NCBI GenBank assembly: GCA_044342075.1
Contig: JBIIQM010000004.1
Span: 210-64,209, forward strand
Direction: 5' to 3'
Origin: Pirellulales bacterium
GTDB lineage: Bacteria > Planctomycetota > Planctomycetia > Pirellulales > UBA1268
Length of the DNA stretch: 64,000 nt
A model generated the notes under the pieces. It saw only the letters and a program-made list of their open reading frames with translations. It ran no database searches and was not told where the DNA came from. The number at the start of each line of letters is the position of its first letter. Positions within the stretch are counted from its first letter, which is position 1. Shown in pieces: positions 19,746 through 28,520 of this stretch. Made by a program: the position numbers and the translations under genes.

Positions 19746-19865
19746 GGGCGGGAGGGCTCTGGTGTCGGCAGGCGGGCAGGGGGTGGCGTGGATTCCGGGC
19801 GCGACTCCACTATAAAACGGCTGTGGTGGCGATGGAATCGCACTCCGCCCAAGACGAGACCCTCC

Positions 19866-20750
19866 ATGCCCTCCCTGCTCGGCCGGTTGCCCATCATTGC
19901 GAGCCCGGTGCCGGCCGGTGCGCGTCAAGACGGCGAGGCTGGGCCGGCGGAGGCGTTCGCCCGGTCGCCGGGCAACGGTCTCGGGCTGCTTGTCGTCGGC
20001 CATGGCACGGCCGATGCGGTGGGGGCGGAAGAGACCCGCGAGGTCACCCGCCGGGTGGCCGCCCTCCTGGCTGGCGTGCCGGTGGAACTCGGATTTCTGG
20101 AGGTGATCGGCCCATCGATCGGCGAGTCGCTCGAACGGCTCGCCCGCATGGGCTGCCGCGAGGTGATCGCGGCGCCGCTGTTGCTCTTCACCGCGGGGCA
20201 TGCGCGGCGCGACGTGCCGGAGGCGCTGGCCGAGGCGGCTCGCAGGCTCGGCGTGGCGGTGCGCCAGTCGCAAGCCTTTGGGTGCCATCCGGAGATCGTG
20301 GCTCAATCGCGGCAGCGGCGGTGCGAGGCGTTGCAGTCGCTCGAGCCGCTCTCCGCGGAAGCGACCGTGCTGGCGATGATCGGGCGGGGATCGAGCGATC
20401 CCGGAGCGTCCCGGCAGCTCGAGGAGTTTGCGGAGGCGACGCGCGCGACGGGGGAGCATGCCGTCCGGCCGGATGAGTCCTGCGGCCGGATCGAGCTCGG
20501 GTTCGTCGCCGCCGCGCGGCCGACGGTGGCCGAGGCGCTCCGCGCCGCGGCGCGGGGGGCAAGGCGGGTGATCGTGCAGCCCCACCTGCTGTTTCACGGG
20601 CATGTGGAGGAGCAGGTCGAGGCGGCGCTCCGCGAGGCGCGGGCCGAACACCCGGAGGTGGAGTGGGTGCGGGTGGAGCGGCTTGGCGCGACGCTTCGCG
20701 TGGCCCGGGCGGTCGTGGCGCTGGCGGCCGAAGCGGCGCGTGCGACCTGA
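19866..20750 (+). CDS. cbiX: Sirohydrochlorin chelatase, two-domain CbiX type
   Basis: ATG at 19866 within ORF 18762..20750. Duplicated CbiX halves (LLVVGHGT...LLLFTAGHARRD and LAMIGRGSSDP...QPHLLFHGH). Confidence 0.8.
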   Translation: MPSLLGRLPIIASPVPAGARQDGEAGPAEAFARSPGNGLGLLVVGHGTADAVGAEETREVTRRVAALLAGVPVELGFLEVIGPSIGESLERLARMGCREVIAAPLLLFTAGHARRDVPEALAEAARRLGVAVRQSQAFGCHPEIVAQSRQRRCEALQSLEPLSAEATVLAMIGRGSSDPGASRQLEEFAEATRATGEHAVRPDESCGRIELGFVAAARPTVAEALRAAARGARRVIVQPHLLFHGHVEEQVEAALREARAEHPEVEWVRVERLGATLRVARAVVALAAEAARAT

Positions 20751-20872
20751 AGGACTGCGGCTCGCGGCATGGCTTTCCTTCGGTTTTCGGTTGGAAAGAA
20801 CATCTCGCAAGAAACGCGGCGAAGTGTCACAATGAGTTGGTTCGCCAGCGTACCACTTCGAGGGAAAGAGTC

Positions 20873-23095
20873 ATGCGCGTGAAGTCCAGTAGCATCGCCG
20901 CCGAAGGCATCTTTGGGAGCCAGCGTGCCGCCCTGTGGAGCCAGCGTGCCGCCCTGTGGGCCCTGACTCTCTCGGGCCTGATCCTCGCGATCGTGGCGAT
21001 GTCGCCGAGCATCGATCGGGCATGGGGCGAGCAGCCGCCGACCTCGGTGGCCGGCGTCGCCGCCGCAACGGCCCCGGCTGCCGCGAAGCCCGGCCCCAAC
21101 GATCGGCAGATCACGCTGGCGGTGCGCAGTTACCTCGAGCGCGAACATTTCACGCGGCGGCCCATCGACGACGAGATCGCCCGCCGCTGGTTCGACATCT
21201 TCCTCGAGTCGCTCGACCCGATGAAGATCTACTTCCTGCAGAGCGACATCGACGGGTTTCTCCAGAGACGCGACACCCTCGACGATCTCGTGAAGCGGGG
21301 CGACGTGAGCTTCGCCTACGAGGTCTACAACCGGTTCCTGGAGCGGGTCGACGCCAGGCTGCCACTCATCGAGAAGCTCCTGTCCGCGCCGCAGGATTTC
21401 ACGAAGCAGGAATCGATCATCATCGACCGCGACGACACCAAGTGGGCGGCGAGCGAGGCCGAGGCCGAAGACAACTGGCGCAAGCGGATCAAATACGACC
21501 TGCTGGTGCAGAAGATGGAAAAGACGCCTCCCGAGGAGGCGAAGGACAAGTTGCGGCGGCGCTATGCCAGCTTCGCCAAACGCATGCATCAGATGACGAG
21601 CGACGAGCTGCTCGAGACCTACCTGTCGTCACTGACGAGCAGCCTCGATCCGCACACGAGCTTCATGTCGCCCGGCACGCTCGAGAATTTCGAGATCGGC
21701 ATGCGGCTGCAGCTCGATGGGATCGGCGCGTCGCTCAAGGCGGAAGACGGCTACACCACCGTCGCGGAACTCGTGCCCGGCGGCGCGGCCGACAAGGACG
21801 GCCGCCTCCAGAAGAAAGACCGCGTGGTGGGCGTCGGCCAGGGCGGCGAAGGCGAGATCGTCGACGTGGTCGACATGAACCTCAACGAGGTCGTGAAGCT
21901 GATCCGCGGCAAGCGCGGCACGATCGTGCGTCTCAAGGTGATTCCGGTCGGCCAGACGGCGCCCAAGATCTACGACATCACGCGGGCGAAGATCGAGCTG
22001 AAAGACAGCGAGGCCCGCGGCGAGGTGATCGAGCAGGGGCGCAAGCCCGACGGCACCCCCTATCGCATCGGCGTCATCAATCTGCCGAGCTTCTACATGG
22101 ACATGGCCGGAGCCCGGCAGGGGCAGGCCGAATACAAGAGCAGCACCCGCGACTGCAAGCGGCTGCTCGACGAATTCAAGCAGAAGGGCGTCGATTGCGT
22201 CGCGCTCGACCTGAGAAACAACGGCGGCGGTTCGCTCCCCGAATCGATCTCGCTGACGGGCCTCTTCATCGACACCGGCCCGGTGGTGCAGATCAAGGAT
22301 GCCGACAAGCGAGTGCAGCAGTACGACGACGTCGATCCGGGCGTCTCGTGGGATGGGCCGCTCGTCGTGCTGACGAATAAATTCAGCGCCAGCGCCAGCG
22401 AGATCGTGGCTGGAGCGATCCAGGATTACCGCCGCGGGCTCGTGGTCGGCGACAAGGCCACGCACGGCAAGGGCACGGTGCAGAGCCTGCTCGACCTGGG
22501 GCGGCAGCTCTTCCAGCGGCTGCCGAACGCCCCGTCGCTCGGCGCGATCAAGATCACCATGCAGCAGTTCTACCGCCCGGGGGGCTTGAGCACGCAGCTC
22601 GAGGGCGTGCAGAGCGACGTCGAACTGCCGAGCATCACCACGCACCTGCCGGTCGGCGAGTCGGATCTCGATCATGCGATCGCGTTCGACAAGGTTCCGG
22701 CGGCCACGTTCCAGGCGTCGGGCCGGGTGACCGCGGACATGCTCAAGAGCCTGCGTGAACGCTCGGTCGAACGGATCAAGGCGAACGAAGAGTTCACCAA
22801 GGTCGAGAAAGACATCGCGCAATACCAGAAGCGAAAGAGCGAGAAGACGATCTCGCTCGTCGAGGAGGAATTCGCGCGGCAGTGGAACGAGGGCAAGGCG
22901 GCCGACGACGAGGAGAAGAAGCTCGAGGAGTCGGCCGACCCGAAGAGGCCGATCGTGAAGCAAGACTACTACTTCAAGGAGGCGATGAACGTGACGGTTG
23001 ACTACCTCAACCTGCTCGCCGGCGGCGCCGCGGGCTTGGCCCGCACGACCGCCCCGGCGGAATCACCCCGCCTCCAGCCCGTCACTGCGCAGTAG
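20873..23095 (+). CDS. prc: Tail-specific / C-terminal processing protease (S41)
   Basis: ATG at 20873 after gggaaagag. N-terminal anchor. DPMKIYFLQSDID N-domain, a PDZ segment, and the S41 catalytic region (LTNKFSASASEIVAGA...HGKGTVQ). Confidence 0.9.
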   Translation: MRVKSSSIAAEGIFGSQRAALWSQRAALWALTLSGLILAIVAMSPSIDRAWGEQPPTSVAGVAAATAPAAAKPGPNDRQITLAVRSYLEREHFTRRPIDDEIARRWFDIFLESLDPMKIYFLQSDIDGFLQRRDTLDDLVKRGDVSFAYEVYNRFLERVDARLPLIEKLLSAPQDFTKQESIIIDRDDTKWAASEAEAEDNWRKRIKYDLLVQKMEKTPPEEAKDKLRRRYASFAKRMHQMTSDELLETYLSSLTSSLDPHTSFMSPGTLENFEIGMRLQLDGIGASLKAEDGYTTVAELVPGGAADKDGRLQKKDRVVGVGQGGEGEIVDVVDMNLNEVVKLIRGKRGTIVRLKVIPVGQTAPKIYDITRAKIELKDSEARGEVIEQGRKPDGTPYRIGVINLPSFYMDMAGARQGQAEYKSSTRDCKRLLDEFKQKGVDCVALDLRNNGGGSLPESISLTGLFIDTGPVVQIKDADKRVQQYDDVDPGVSWDGPLVVLTNKFSASASEIVAGAIQDYRRGLVVGDKATHGKGTVQSLLDLGRQLFQRLPNAPSLGAIKITMQQFYRPGGLSTQLEGVQSDVELPSITTHLPVGESDLDHAIAFDKVPAATFQASGRVTADMLKSLRERSVERIKANEEFTKVEKDIAQYQKRKSEKTISLVEEEFARQWNEGKAADDEEKKLEESADPKRPIVKQDYYFKEAMNVTVDYLNLLAGGAAGLARTTAPAESPRLQPVTAQ
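20918..20959 (+). repeat. Perfect 21-bp tandem duplication inside prc
   Basis: agccagcgtgccgccctgtgg occurs twice in a row, giving SQRAALW-SQRAALW in the N-terminal anchor region. Confidence 0.95.
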
Positions 23096-23122
23096 GTAGA
23101 TCGCTTCGTCCCGAAGCCGATC
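23096..23122 (+). repeat. REP family B unit (slightly degenerate)
   Basis: gtagatcgcttcgtcccgaagccgatc, immediately after the prc stop (TAG 23093..23095, itself part of a duplicated GTAG). Confidence 0.85.
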
Positions 23123-23127
23123 AGGCC

Positions 23128-23314
23128 TCAACGCGCCCAATCCGGCCCGGGGCTGCACATGCCCTCTCGGCGGACGTTCGCTGCGGACATCCTGTCCTCC
23201 GCTCGCTCGGATGCTGACTGTGCCAGCCAGAGCGCCTCCGCTTGGCCATCCTGGCTGCGCTTGTCAGCATACGCCGGCTCCCGGGGCACGGGTCGCCTGA
23301 AGCCTCCCGTTCTA
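23128..23314 (+). repeat. Element C, subtype II (longer centre), fused to REP-A
   Basis: Same head (tcaacgcgcccaatccgg) and same core (cggacgttcgctgcggacatcctgtcctccgc) as the other C copies. The outer arms and centre differ. Confidence 0.85.
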
Positions 23315-23364
23315 GTAGGACAGGCTTTAGCCTGTCTTTGATGACAGGCTGAAGCCTGTCCTAC
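23315..23364. repeat. REP-A inverted doublet (REPIN-like)
   Basis: gtaggacaggctttagcctgtc - tttgat - gacaggctgaagcctgtcctac. Confidence 0.92.
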
Positions 23365-23535
23365 TTCCAAAGCGGGTAGGCACGGGGCTGCTTGTGACCT
23401 CTCGCGGGCTATGGAAGCGAGCGCAGGCAGGATGCCGAAAGCGAAGCGGACATGCAGAGTGCGGAGGACAGGATGTCCGCAGCGAACGTCCGCCGAGAGG
23501 TCACAAGCAGCCCCGTGCCGGGTCGGGCGAGTTGA
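23365..23535 (-). repeat. Element C, subtype II, with a perfect 26-bp outer inverted repeat
   Basis: ggcacggggctgcttgtgacctctcg ... cgagaggtcacaagcagccccgtgcc. Its head (caactcgcccgacccgg) supplies the last 11 codons and the stop of the SDR gene. Confidence 0.88.
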
Positions 23536-24376
23536 GACAGGTGGCGTCGAGGCCGCGGAAGGCGTCGGGATAGGCGAGCGTGATCGGGATGTCGCTGAAG
23601 AGGAGCGACGGATCGACCCGCTTGTCGGCGCCGCGGGTGCGCGGGGCCGATGAATCCCAGGTCGGCGGCGGGCTGCTCGAGAGCTTCGCCAGGTGGGCAT
23701 ACCAGTCGCGACGGCGGACGGGCACGCCGTCGGAGACCACGTAGAGCGGCCGCGGGGCCGGTGCGGCGGCAATGGCGCACACAATGGTCGCGGCATCGTC
23801 GACGTGGATCAGGTTGAGCCAACTCTCGGGGTCGGCCGCGATCGGTCTTCCAGCCCGCAGGTCGTCGAGCCGCGGCAGGCGGTCCGGTCCGTAGAGGCCG
23901 GCGAACCGCAGGGCCGTGCCGCGGCCGGGGGCGAGCGAGTGCAGGGTCGCCTCGGCCTCGAGCAGCACCTTGCCCGCCTCGCGGGTCGGCGTGGCGGGGG
24001 TGGCCTCCGTGACGACCGCGCCGTCATCATTGCCCCAGACGCCGGTCGAGCTCGAGAGGATGACCCGCGGGTGGCCGGGGAGCGCGCCGATCGCCCGGGA
24101 AAGTCCCTCGACGTGAACCTCACGGTAGGTCGTCCCGGCCGAGCGATCAAACCCCACGGCCCAGAACAGCGTGTCGACCTCGGGCAGGCCGTGGATGGTT
24201 TCCGGCCGCGCGACGTCGGCCACGATCGGCTGGATGCCGGCTGCGGCAAACTCGTCTGCTCGCGCCGCCGAGCGGGTCATGCCCCACACGCGATCGCCGG
24301 CGGCGAGCCAACGGCGGGCGGTTCGCATGCCGAGATACCCGCAGCCGATCACGAGCCGACGAGGGGAGGGGGTCAT
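23501..24376 (-). CDS. NAD(P)-binding SDR/epimerase-family oxidoreductase
   Basis: Rossmann N-terminus (LVIGCGYLGMRTARRW). 291 aa. The start overlaps the ruvX stop by 4 nt. The C-terminal 11 aa are encoded by element C. Confidence 0.8.
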   Translation of the reverse strand: MTPSPRRLVIGCGYLGMRTARRWLAAGDRVWGMTRSAARADEFAAAGIQPIVADVARPETIHGLPEVDTLFWAVGFDRSAGTTYREVHVEGLSRAIGALPGHPRVILSSSTGVWGNDDGAVVTEATPATPTREAGKVLLEAEATLHSLAPGRGTALRFAGLYGPDRLPRLDDLRAGRPIAADPESWLNLIHVDDAATIVCAIAAAPAPRPLYVVSDGVPVRRRDWYAHLAKLSSSPPPTWDSSAPRTRGADKRVDPSLLFSDIPITLAYPDAFRGLDATCLNSPDPARGCL

Positions 24377-24855
24377 GCGTCGAGCGCCCCCGGCCTGTGC
24401 GCGGGGGATCCGGAAGCCTGCGATTCGAGCCAGTCGGCAAGCAGGATCTGCGCCGCGATCGCGTCGGTGCGGGCCTTCTTGCGGCCGCGGGAGAAACCAT
24501 GGCCGGCGAGCTTGCCGGCGGCCTCGATCGACGTGAAGCGTTCGTCCTGGAACACGACGGGCAGGCCGGTCGCCGCGGCCAGCCAGCCGCCAAACTTCTC
24601 CACTTCGACCGACATCTTGCTGTCGGATCCGTCGGCGTGGATCGGCAGGCCGACGACGAAGCCGATGATCTCCTCGTCGCGAACGAGCCGCCGATAGAAC
24701 GTCGCCTCGGCATCGTCGTCGCCGGTCGGCTCGTGCATGGTCAACGGGCTGGCGAGGATTCGCGCGGCGTCGCAGATCGCGATGCCGATCCGCTTGCGGC
24801 CATAGTCGATGCCCGCCACGCGGCCGTCGGCGGGAATGGCGGTGGGCTCGCTCAT
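24373..24855 (-). CDS. ruvX: Putative pre-16S rRNA nuclease / Holliday junction resolvase-like YqgF
   Basis: GIDYGRKRIGIAICD ... VVGLPIHADGS ... QDERFTS, the YqgF pattern. Confidence 0.9.
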   Translation of the reverse strand: MSEPTAIPADGRVAGIDYGRKRIGIAICDAARILASPLTMHEPTGDDDAEATFYRRLVRDEEIIGFVVGLPIHADGSDSKMSVEVEKFGGWLAAATGLPVVFQDERFTSIEAAGKLAGHGFSRGRKKARTDAIAAQILLADWLESQASGSPAHRPGALDA

Positions 24856-25838
24856 GGTGCGGCCTGCGGCTGGGCGGCGGGAAACCGGCCCGTGGTCAGG
24901 AACGAGGCGACGGCCTGCTGCACCGTGGGATGCTTCATCATCGCCGCATGGTGCACGGGCACGAGCAGAAAATCGTCGGCGCCCTCCAGCCGAGTCTCGT
25001 CGACGCGGACGACGGCATCGTCGTCCCCCTCCAGCAGCATGCTGTAGCCGGCGCCATCCCCCTTACCGCCGGCGACGATGCCGAACGGGCAGGAGGGCAC
25101 GGCGAGCTGGGGCGACACCTTCGCCCAGTCGATCACGAGATCCCGGGCGGCGCCGTCGGAGAGAGCGGCCAAGAGCCAGACCTTCGACGCCATCTTCGCC
25201 AGGTCGGAGCCGTGGTTGGGGGGGCCGAGCATCACCACCCGCTCGACGCGTGTGAGGTCGGGCTCGCGGGCCTGCGCCATCCAGCTGCGGACGACGAGGT
25301 TGCCGAGGCTGTGGCCGACGAAACTGATCCGCTCGGCCGCCGGCAGTCCGGCGACGACGGCGGCCAGGGCCCGGCCGTGGTCAACGATGGCAGCTTTCGT
25401 GCTCGCATAGCCAAAGGCGATCACGGTGGCATGCATGGCCGTGCGCAGGTGGGTGACGAGCGGCTTCATCGAATCGCGGCCCTCGCCGAGGCCATGCAGC
25501 ACGATCACCGTCGGGCCGCGGACCGGCTCGATCCGGCCACTGGCTTCCAGCTCCGCAAAGGCCGCGGCGCACTCGTCGGCGGAGCCGATGCGGATCACCC
25601 GATCCTGCGGATCGAGGATCCGGCATTCCGCGGTCCCCGGCCGCCGCTGCAGCCGCCAATCGTGACGGATCAGCTCGTCGGACCAGTGGAGCGCCTCCGC
25701 CGACCGGCGCAACGCATCGACCCAGTCTGCATCCCGTCCCGCCGGCGGCTCCGCCGCGGCGGCCGCGCCGCAACCAGCAATCAAGCTGGAAAAGAAGCTG
25801 GCGATGAAGCAAACGATGATCAGAGATACTCGGTCCAA
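24852..25838 (-). CDS. Alpha/beta-hydrolase lipoprotein (lipase/esterase-like)
   Basis: ORF 24852..26090 has no ATG downstream of manC. An in-frame TTG at 25838 gives MDRVSLIIVCFIASFFSSLIAGC, a signal peptide plus lipobox. Nucleophile elbow VGHSLGN. The start codon choice is uncertain. Confidence 0.65.
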   Translation of the reverse strand: MDRVSLIIVCFIASFFSSLIAGCGAAAAAEPPAGRDADWVDALRRSAEALHWSDELIRHDWRLQRRPGTAECRILDPQDRVIRIGSADECAAAFAELEASGRIEPVRGPTVIVLHGLGEGRDSMKPLVTHLRTAMHATVIAFGYASTKAAIVDHGRALAAVVAGLPAAERISFVGHSLGNLVVRSWMAQAREPDLTRVERVVMLGPPNHGSDLAKMASKVWLLAALSDGAARDLVIDWAKVSPQLAVPSCPFGIVAGGKGDGAGYSMLLEGDDDAVVRVDETRLEGADDFLLVPVHHAAMMKHPTVQQAVASFLTTGRFPAAQPQAAP

Positions 25839-26902
25839 CCGCGTTTCTCCAGTTCGGCCACCACACGTCGCACCGCCTCCTCGTGGGTCCGGTCGGCCAC
25901 GAGCGTGGCATCGGGCGTATGCACCACAAGCATATCCTCGAGGCCCATCGTGACGACCAGATGGTCTTCCGACCCGGCGACGATCGTGCGGACGGTTTCG
26001 ATCCCCAAGTGGCGGCCCACCACGGTGTTGCCTTCGGCGTCGGCCCCCCGCTGCCGCGCCACTGCCGACCAGCCGCCGAGGTCGTCCCACTCGAAAGGCG
26101 CCTCGATCACGGCCACGTCGGTGGCGTGCTCGAGCACAGCGTAGTCGATCGAGATTCCCTTGATGGCCGCAAACTCTCGGGCGAAGACGGCCTCACGGTC
26201 GGGGGTGTCCCAGGCCGCCGCGATCGTGTTCAGGTGCGCGAGGCATTCCGGCTGCCGCTCGGCCAGCGCCGCGAGGATCGTCTTGGCCTTCCAGACGAAG
26301 ATGCCGGCATTCCAGAGGAAGTTGCCCGCGGCGAGATATTCCCGGGCGACATCCGCCGGCGGCTTTTCCCGGAACCGCGCGACGCGGTGCACGGCGGCGG
26401 CCCCCTGCGGGCTCGGCAGCGGCTCCCCCTGCTGGATGTAGCCGAAGCTCTCGGCCGGATAGGTCGGCTTGATGCCAAACGTGACGAGCCGGCCCGGCGA
26501 TTCCTCGACGAGCGCCGCCGCCTGCCGGATCGCCGCGCAAAATGTCTTCGATGGCTTGATGACGTGGTCGGACGGCATCACCGCCATCGTCGCGTCGGGA
26601 TCGTGCCGCGCCACGAGCAGTGCCGCGAGGCCCACGCAGGGCGCCGTGTCGCGCTTGCAGGGCTCGCCCACGAGCCCCGAGAGCGGCACGGCCGGCAGCT
26701 GTGCCCGCACCGCCGGCAGGAGCCGCTGCGCCGTGACGATCATCACCCGCTCCGGCGGCACGAGGCCATCGAGGCGTTCGACCGTGTCTTCGAGCAGGGT
26801 CTTCGCGCCGGCAAGCGGCAGCAATTGCTTCGGCAGGGCGGCGCGGCTGGCGGGCCAGAAGCGGGTGCCGGATCCGCCGGCCATCACGATCGCATGCAGC
26901 AT
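25820..26902 (-). CDS. manC: Mannose-1-phosphate guanylyltransferase
   Basis: MLHAIVMAGGSGTRFWPASR...PKQLLPL N-terminus and full-length nucleotidyltransferase pattern. Confidence 0.9.
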   Translation of the reverse strand: MLHAIVMAGGSGTRFWPASRAALPKQLLPLAGAKTLLEDTVERLDGLVPPERVMIVTAQRLLPAVRAQLPAVPLSGLVGEPCKRDTAPCVGLAALLVARHDPDATMAVMPSDHVIKPSKTFCAAIRQAAALVEESPGRLVTFGIKPTYPAESFGYIQQGEPLPSPQGAAAVHRVARFREKPPADVAREYLAAGNFLWNAGIFVWKAKTILAALAERQPECLAHLNTIAAAWDTPDREAVFAREFAAIKGISIDYAVLEHATDVAVIEAPFEWDDLGGWSAVARQRGADAEGNTVVGRHLGIETVRTIVAGSEDHLVVTMGLEDMLVVHTPDATLVADRTHEEAVRRVVAELEKRGWTEYL

Positions 26903-26908
26903 GAAACA

Positions 26909-28378
26909 TCACCTCCGGGGGAGCGTGGACTCTCGGGAACGGCCGACGACGATCGGCCGCTCGATGCGGGTGCCGGGGGGAATCGCGCGGGCGATGTCGG
27001 CCTCGTCGAGGATGGCGATGGCATCGAGCTCCACGTCGATCCCGTCGGCCACACGTGCGCCCGACCGCTCGATCAGACGACGGGCGTGCGCCACGAGCGC
27101 CGCCTGCACGTGCCCGAGCGTGTCGGCGGCGGCGCCCGGCGGATTCTTGAGCGGCGCGAATCCCTCCGCAGGGTCGACCTCGATCACACAGACTTTCGTC
27201 GCGAGCGGCATGAGGTCGAAGATGAACCGTTCGAATTTGATCGCATTCGGGGCCCGCGGCGTCACCAGCGTGCCCTGCGCGTCGATGAACGGCACCACCT
27301 TGTGGGCGAGGTGCAGCGGCAGGGAATCATTCCGGGATGCCGCCCTGTCGAGGAACGATTTCGAGAAGGCGTGGATGGCGATCGAGCCGGCGTCGAACCG
27401 CAGCCGTCCGTCCGGCAGCCGCTCGGCGGCGAGCGCCGGCGGCAGGTCGCTGTATTCGACCACGCCGTGGCGGCCGCCTTCCTGCACGACCACGCCGACC
27501 CGTTCGGCCGGCTCCCGCTTCCGCACCACCTGCGTCGAGAGTTCGGCGGCGGAGAGGAGGTGGTAGCCCAGAAACTCCCGGTCGAGCGGCAGCGCCAGCG
27601 GATTGTCGACCTGGAAGCTCACGATCGTCTGCACGCCATGCCGCGCGAACCAGTCGAGCCCGCCGGTCTCGGCGAGCGCCGTGAGCATGCCACCGTGGCC
27701 GTCGGGCGCCATCGCCACGTGGTCGGGGCCATCGAGCAGCAGTCGGCCGGTGGCGGCGTCGAGCGCGGGAAGATCGTGCTGCCGAAACACGTGCACGTGA
27801 TCGGGGGAGAGGCCGCACCAGCCCTGATCGCGGAGGAACTGCCGCGTGTCGGCGTCGGTGGCGGAGCTCGTCATGATCGCCAGCGGCACGTCGCGGCCGA
27901 ACCGGCGGCGCACGGCGAGCAACTTGCCGAACAAAAGCTCGAAGAGGTTCGCCTGCGAGAGTGGGCCCACGCGGCAGAGCCCCTTCGGGCCTGTGCAGCC
28001 GAGCCGCGTTCCCTGGCCGCCAGCCACGAGGATCGCCCCCACCTGTCCGGCGGAGAGCGCCTCCTCGCCGCGGATCCGCGCGGCCGTCGGCTGGATCGGG
28101 TTCGCGGCGTCGCCGAGCCGCAGGCAGGGGGGCGTGACGGCGCGGCCCACGTCGATGGCGTGCGGCACGGCGGCGGCACCGAATGCGGCGGCGAGCTTCT
28201 GGAGTGTGGCGAACTGGTTCCAGTCGACGACGGCGAGTTGGCCGACGAGCCGCGAACGGCCGGCCGCATCGAGGCGGTCCCACCAGTCCAGCACGTGCGA
28301 CTGACCGACGGCCGCGAGCTGGGCGACGAGCGCGGCCGGCACGGCGGCGGGGTCGTGCGGCATGCCCGGGCTCCTCAT
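26909..28378 (-). CDS. UDP-sugar pyrophosphorylase, eukaryote-type UDPGP family (UAP/USP-like)
   Basis: ATG at 28378 (MRSPGMPHD) within ORF 26909..28762. LVAGGQGTRLG and APDGHGG motifs are typical of the UDPGP (UAP1/USP) family. An alternative ATG is at 28363. Confidence 0.85.
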   Translation of the reverse strand: MRSPGMPHDPAAVPAALVAQLAAVGQSHVLDWWDRLDAAGRSRLVGQLAVVDWNQFATLQKLAAAFGAAAVPHAIDVGRAVTPPCLRLGDAANPIQPTAARIRGEEALSAGQVGAILVAGGQGTRLGCTGPKGLCRVGPLSQANLFELLFGKLLAVRRRFGRDVPLAIMTSSATDADTRQFLRDQGWCGLSPDHVHVFRQHDLPALDAATGRLLLDGPDHVAMAPDGHGGMLTALAETGGLDWFARHGVQTIVSFQVDNPLALPLDREFLGYHLLSAAELSTQVVRKREPAERVGVVVQEGGRHGVVEYSDLPPALAAERLPDGRLRFDAGSIAIHAFSKSFLDRAASRNDSLPLHLAHKVVPFIDAQGTLVTPRAPNAIKFERFIFDLMPLATKVCVIEVDPAEGFAPLKNPPGAAADTLGHVQAALVAHARRLIERSGARVADGIDVELDAIAILDEADIARAIPPGTRIERPIVVGRSRESTLPRR

Positions 28379-28482
28379 CCGCGCACCCAGTACCAGAACA
28401 GAAAGCAGAGCAACGGGAAGCCGATGAAGATCACGCCATAGGTGAAGAGTGTCGTCCAGAGATGTTCGGGCCAGCGTGCCAT
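28375..28482 (-). CDS. Candidate small single-pass membrane protein (35 aa; 41 aa if started at 28500)
   Basis: MARWPEHLWTTLFTYGVIFIGFPLLCFLFWYWVRG. This is a locally AT-richer stretch encoding F/I/Y/W/L in otherwise GC-rich DNA. Its TGA overlaps the ATG of the downstream pyrophosphorylase (ATGA at 28375..28378). Confidence 0.4.
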   Translation of the reverse strand: MARWPEHLWTTLFTYGVIFIGFPLLCFLFWYWVRG

Positions 28483-28520
28483 GTGGGTGATCGCGGGCAT
28501 GCCCGCAGGGAAGTGGGGGG

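Noticed and set aside
24852-26090. Full-length 412-aa version of the alpha/beta-hydrolase ORF starting at ATG 26090.
   Set aside because: It would overlap the 3' 270 nt of manC. Its extra N-terminus is Arg/Gly/Pro low-complexity. The TTG at 25838 yields a clean lipoprotein signal peptide instead.
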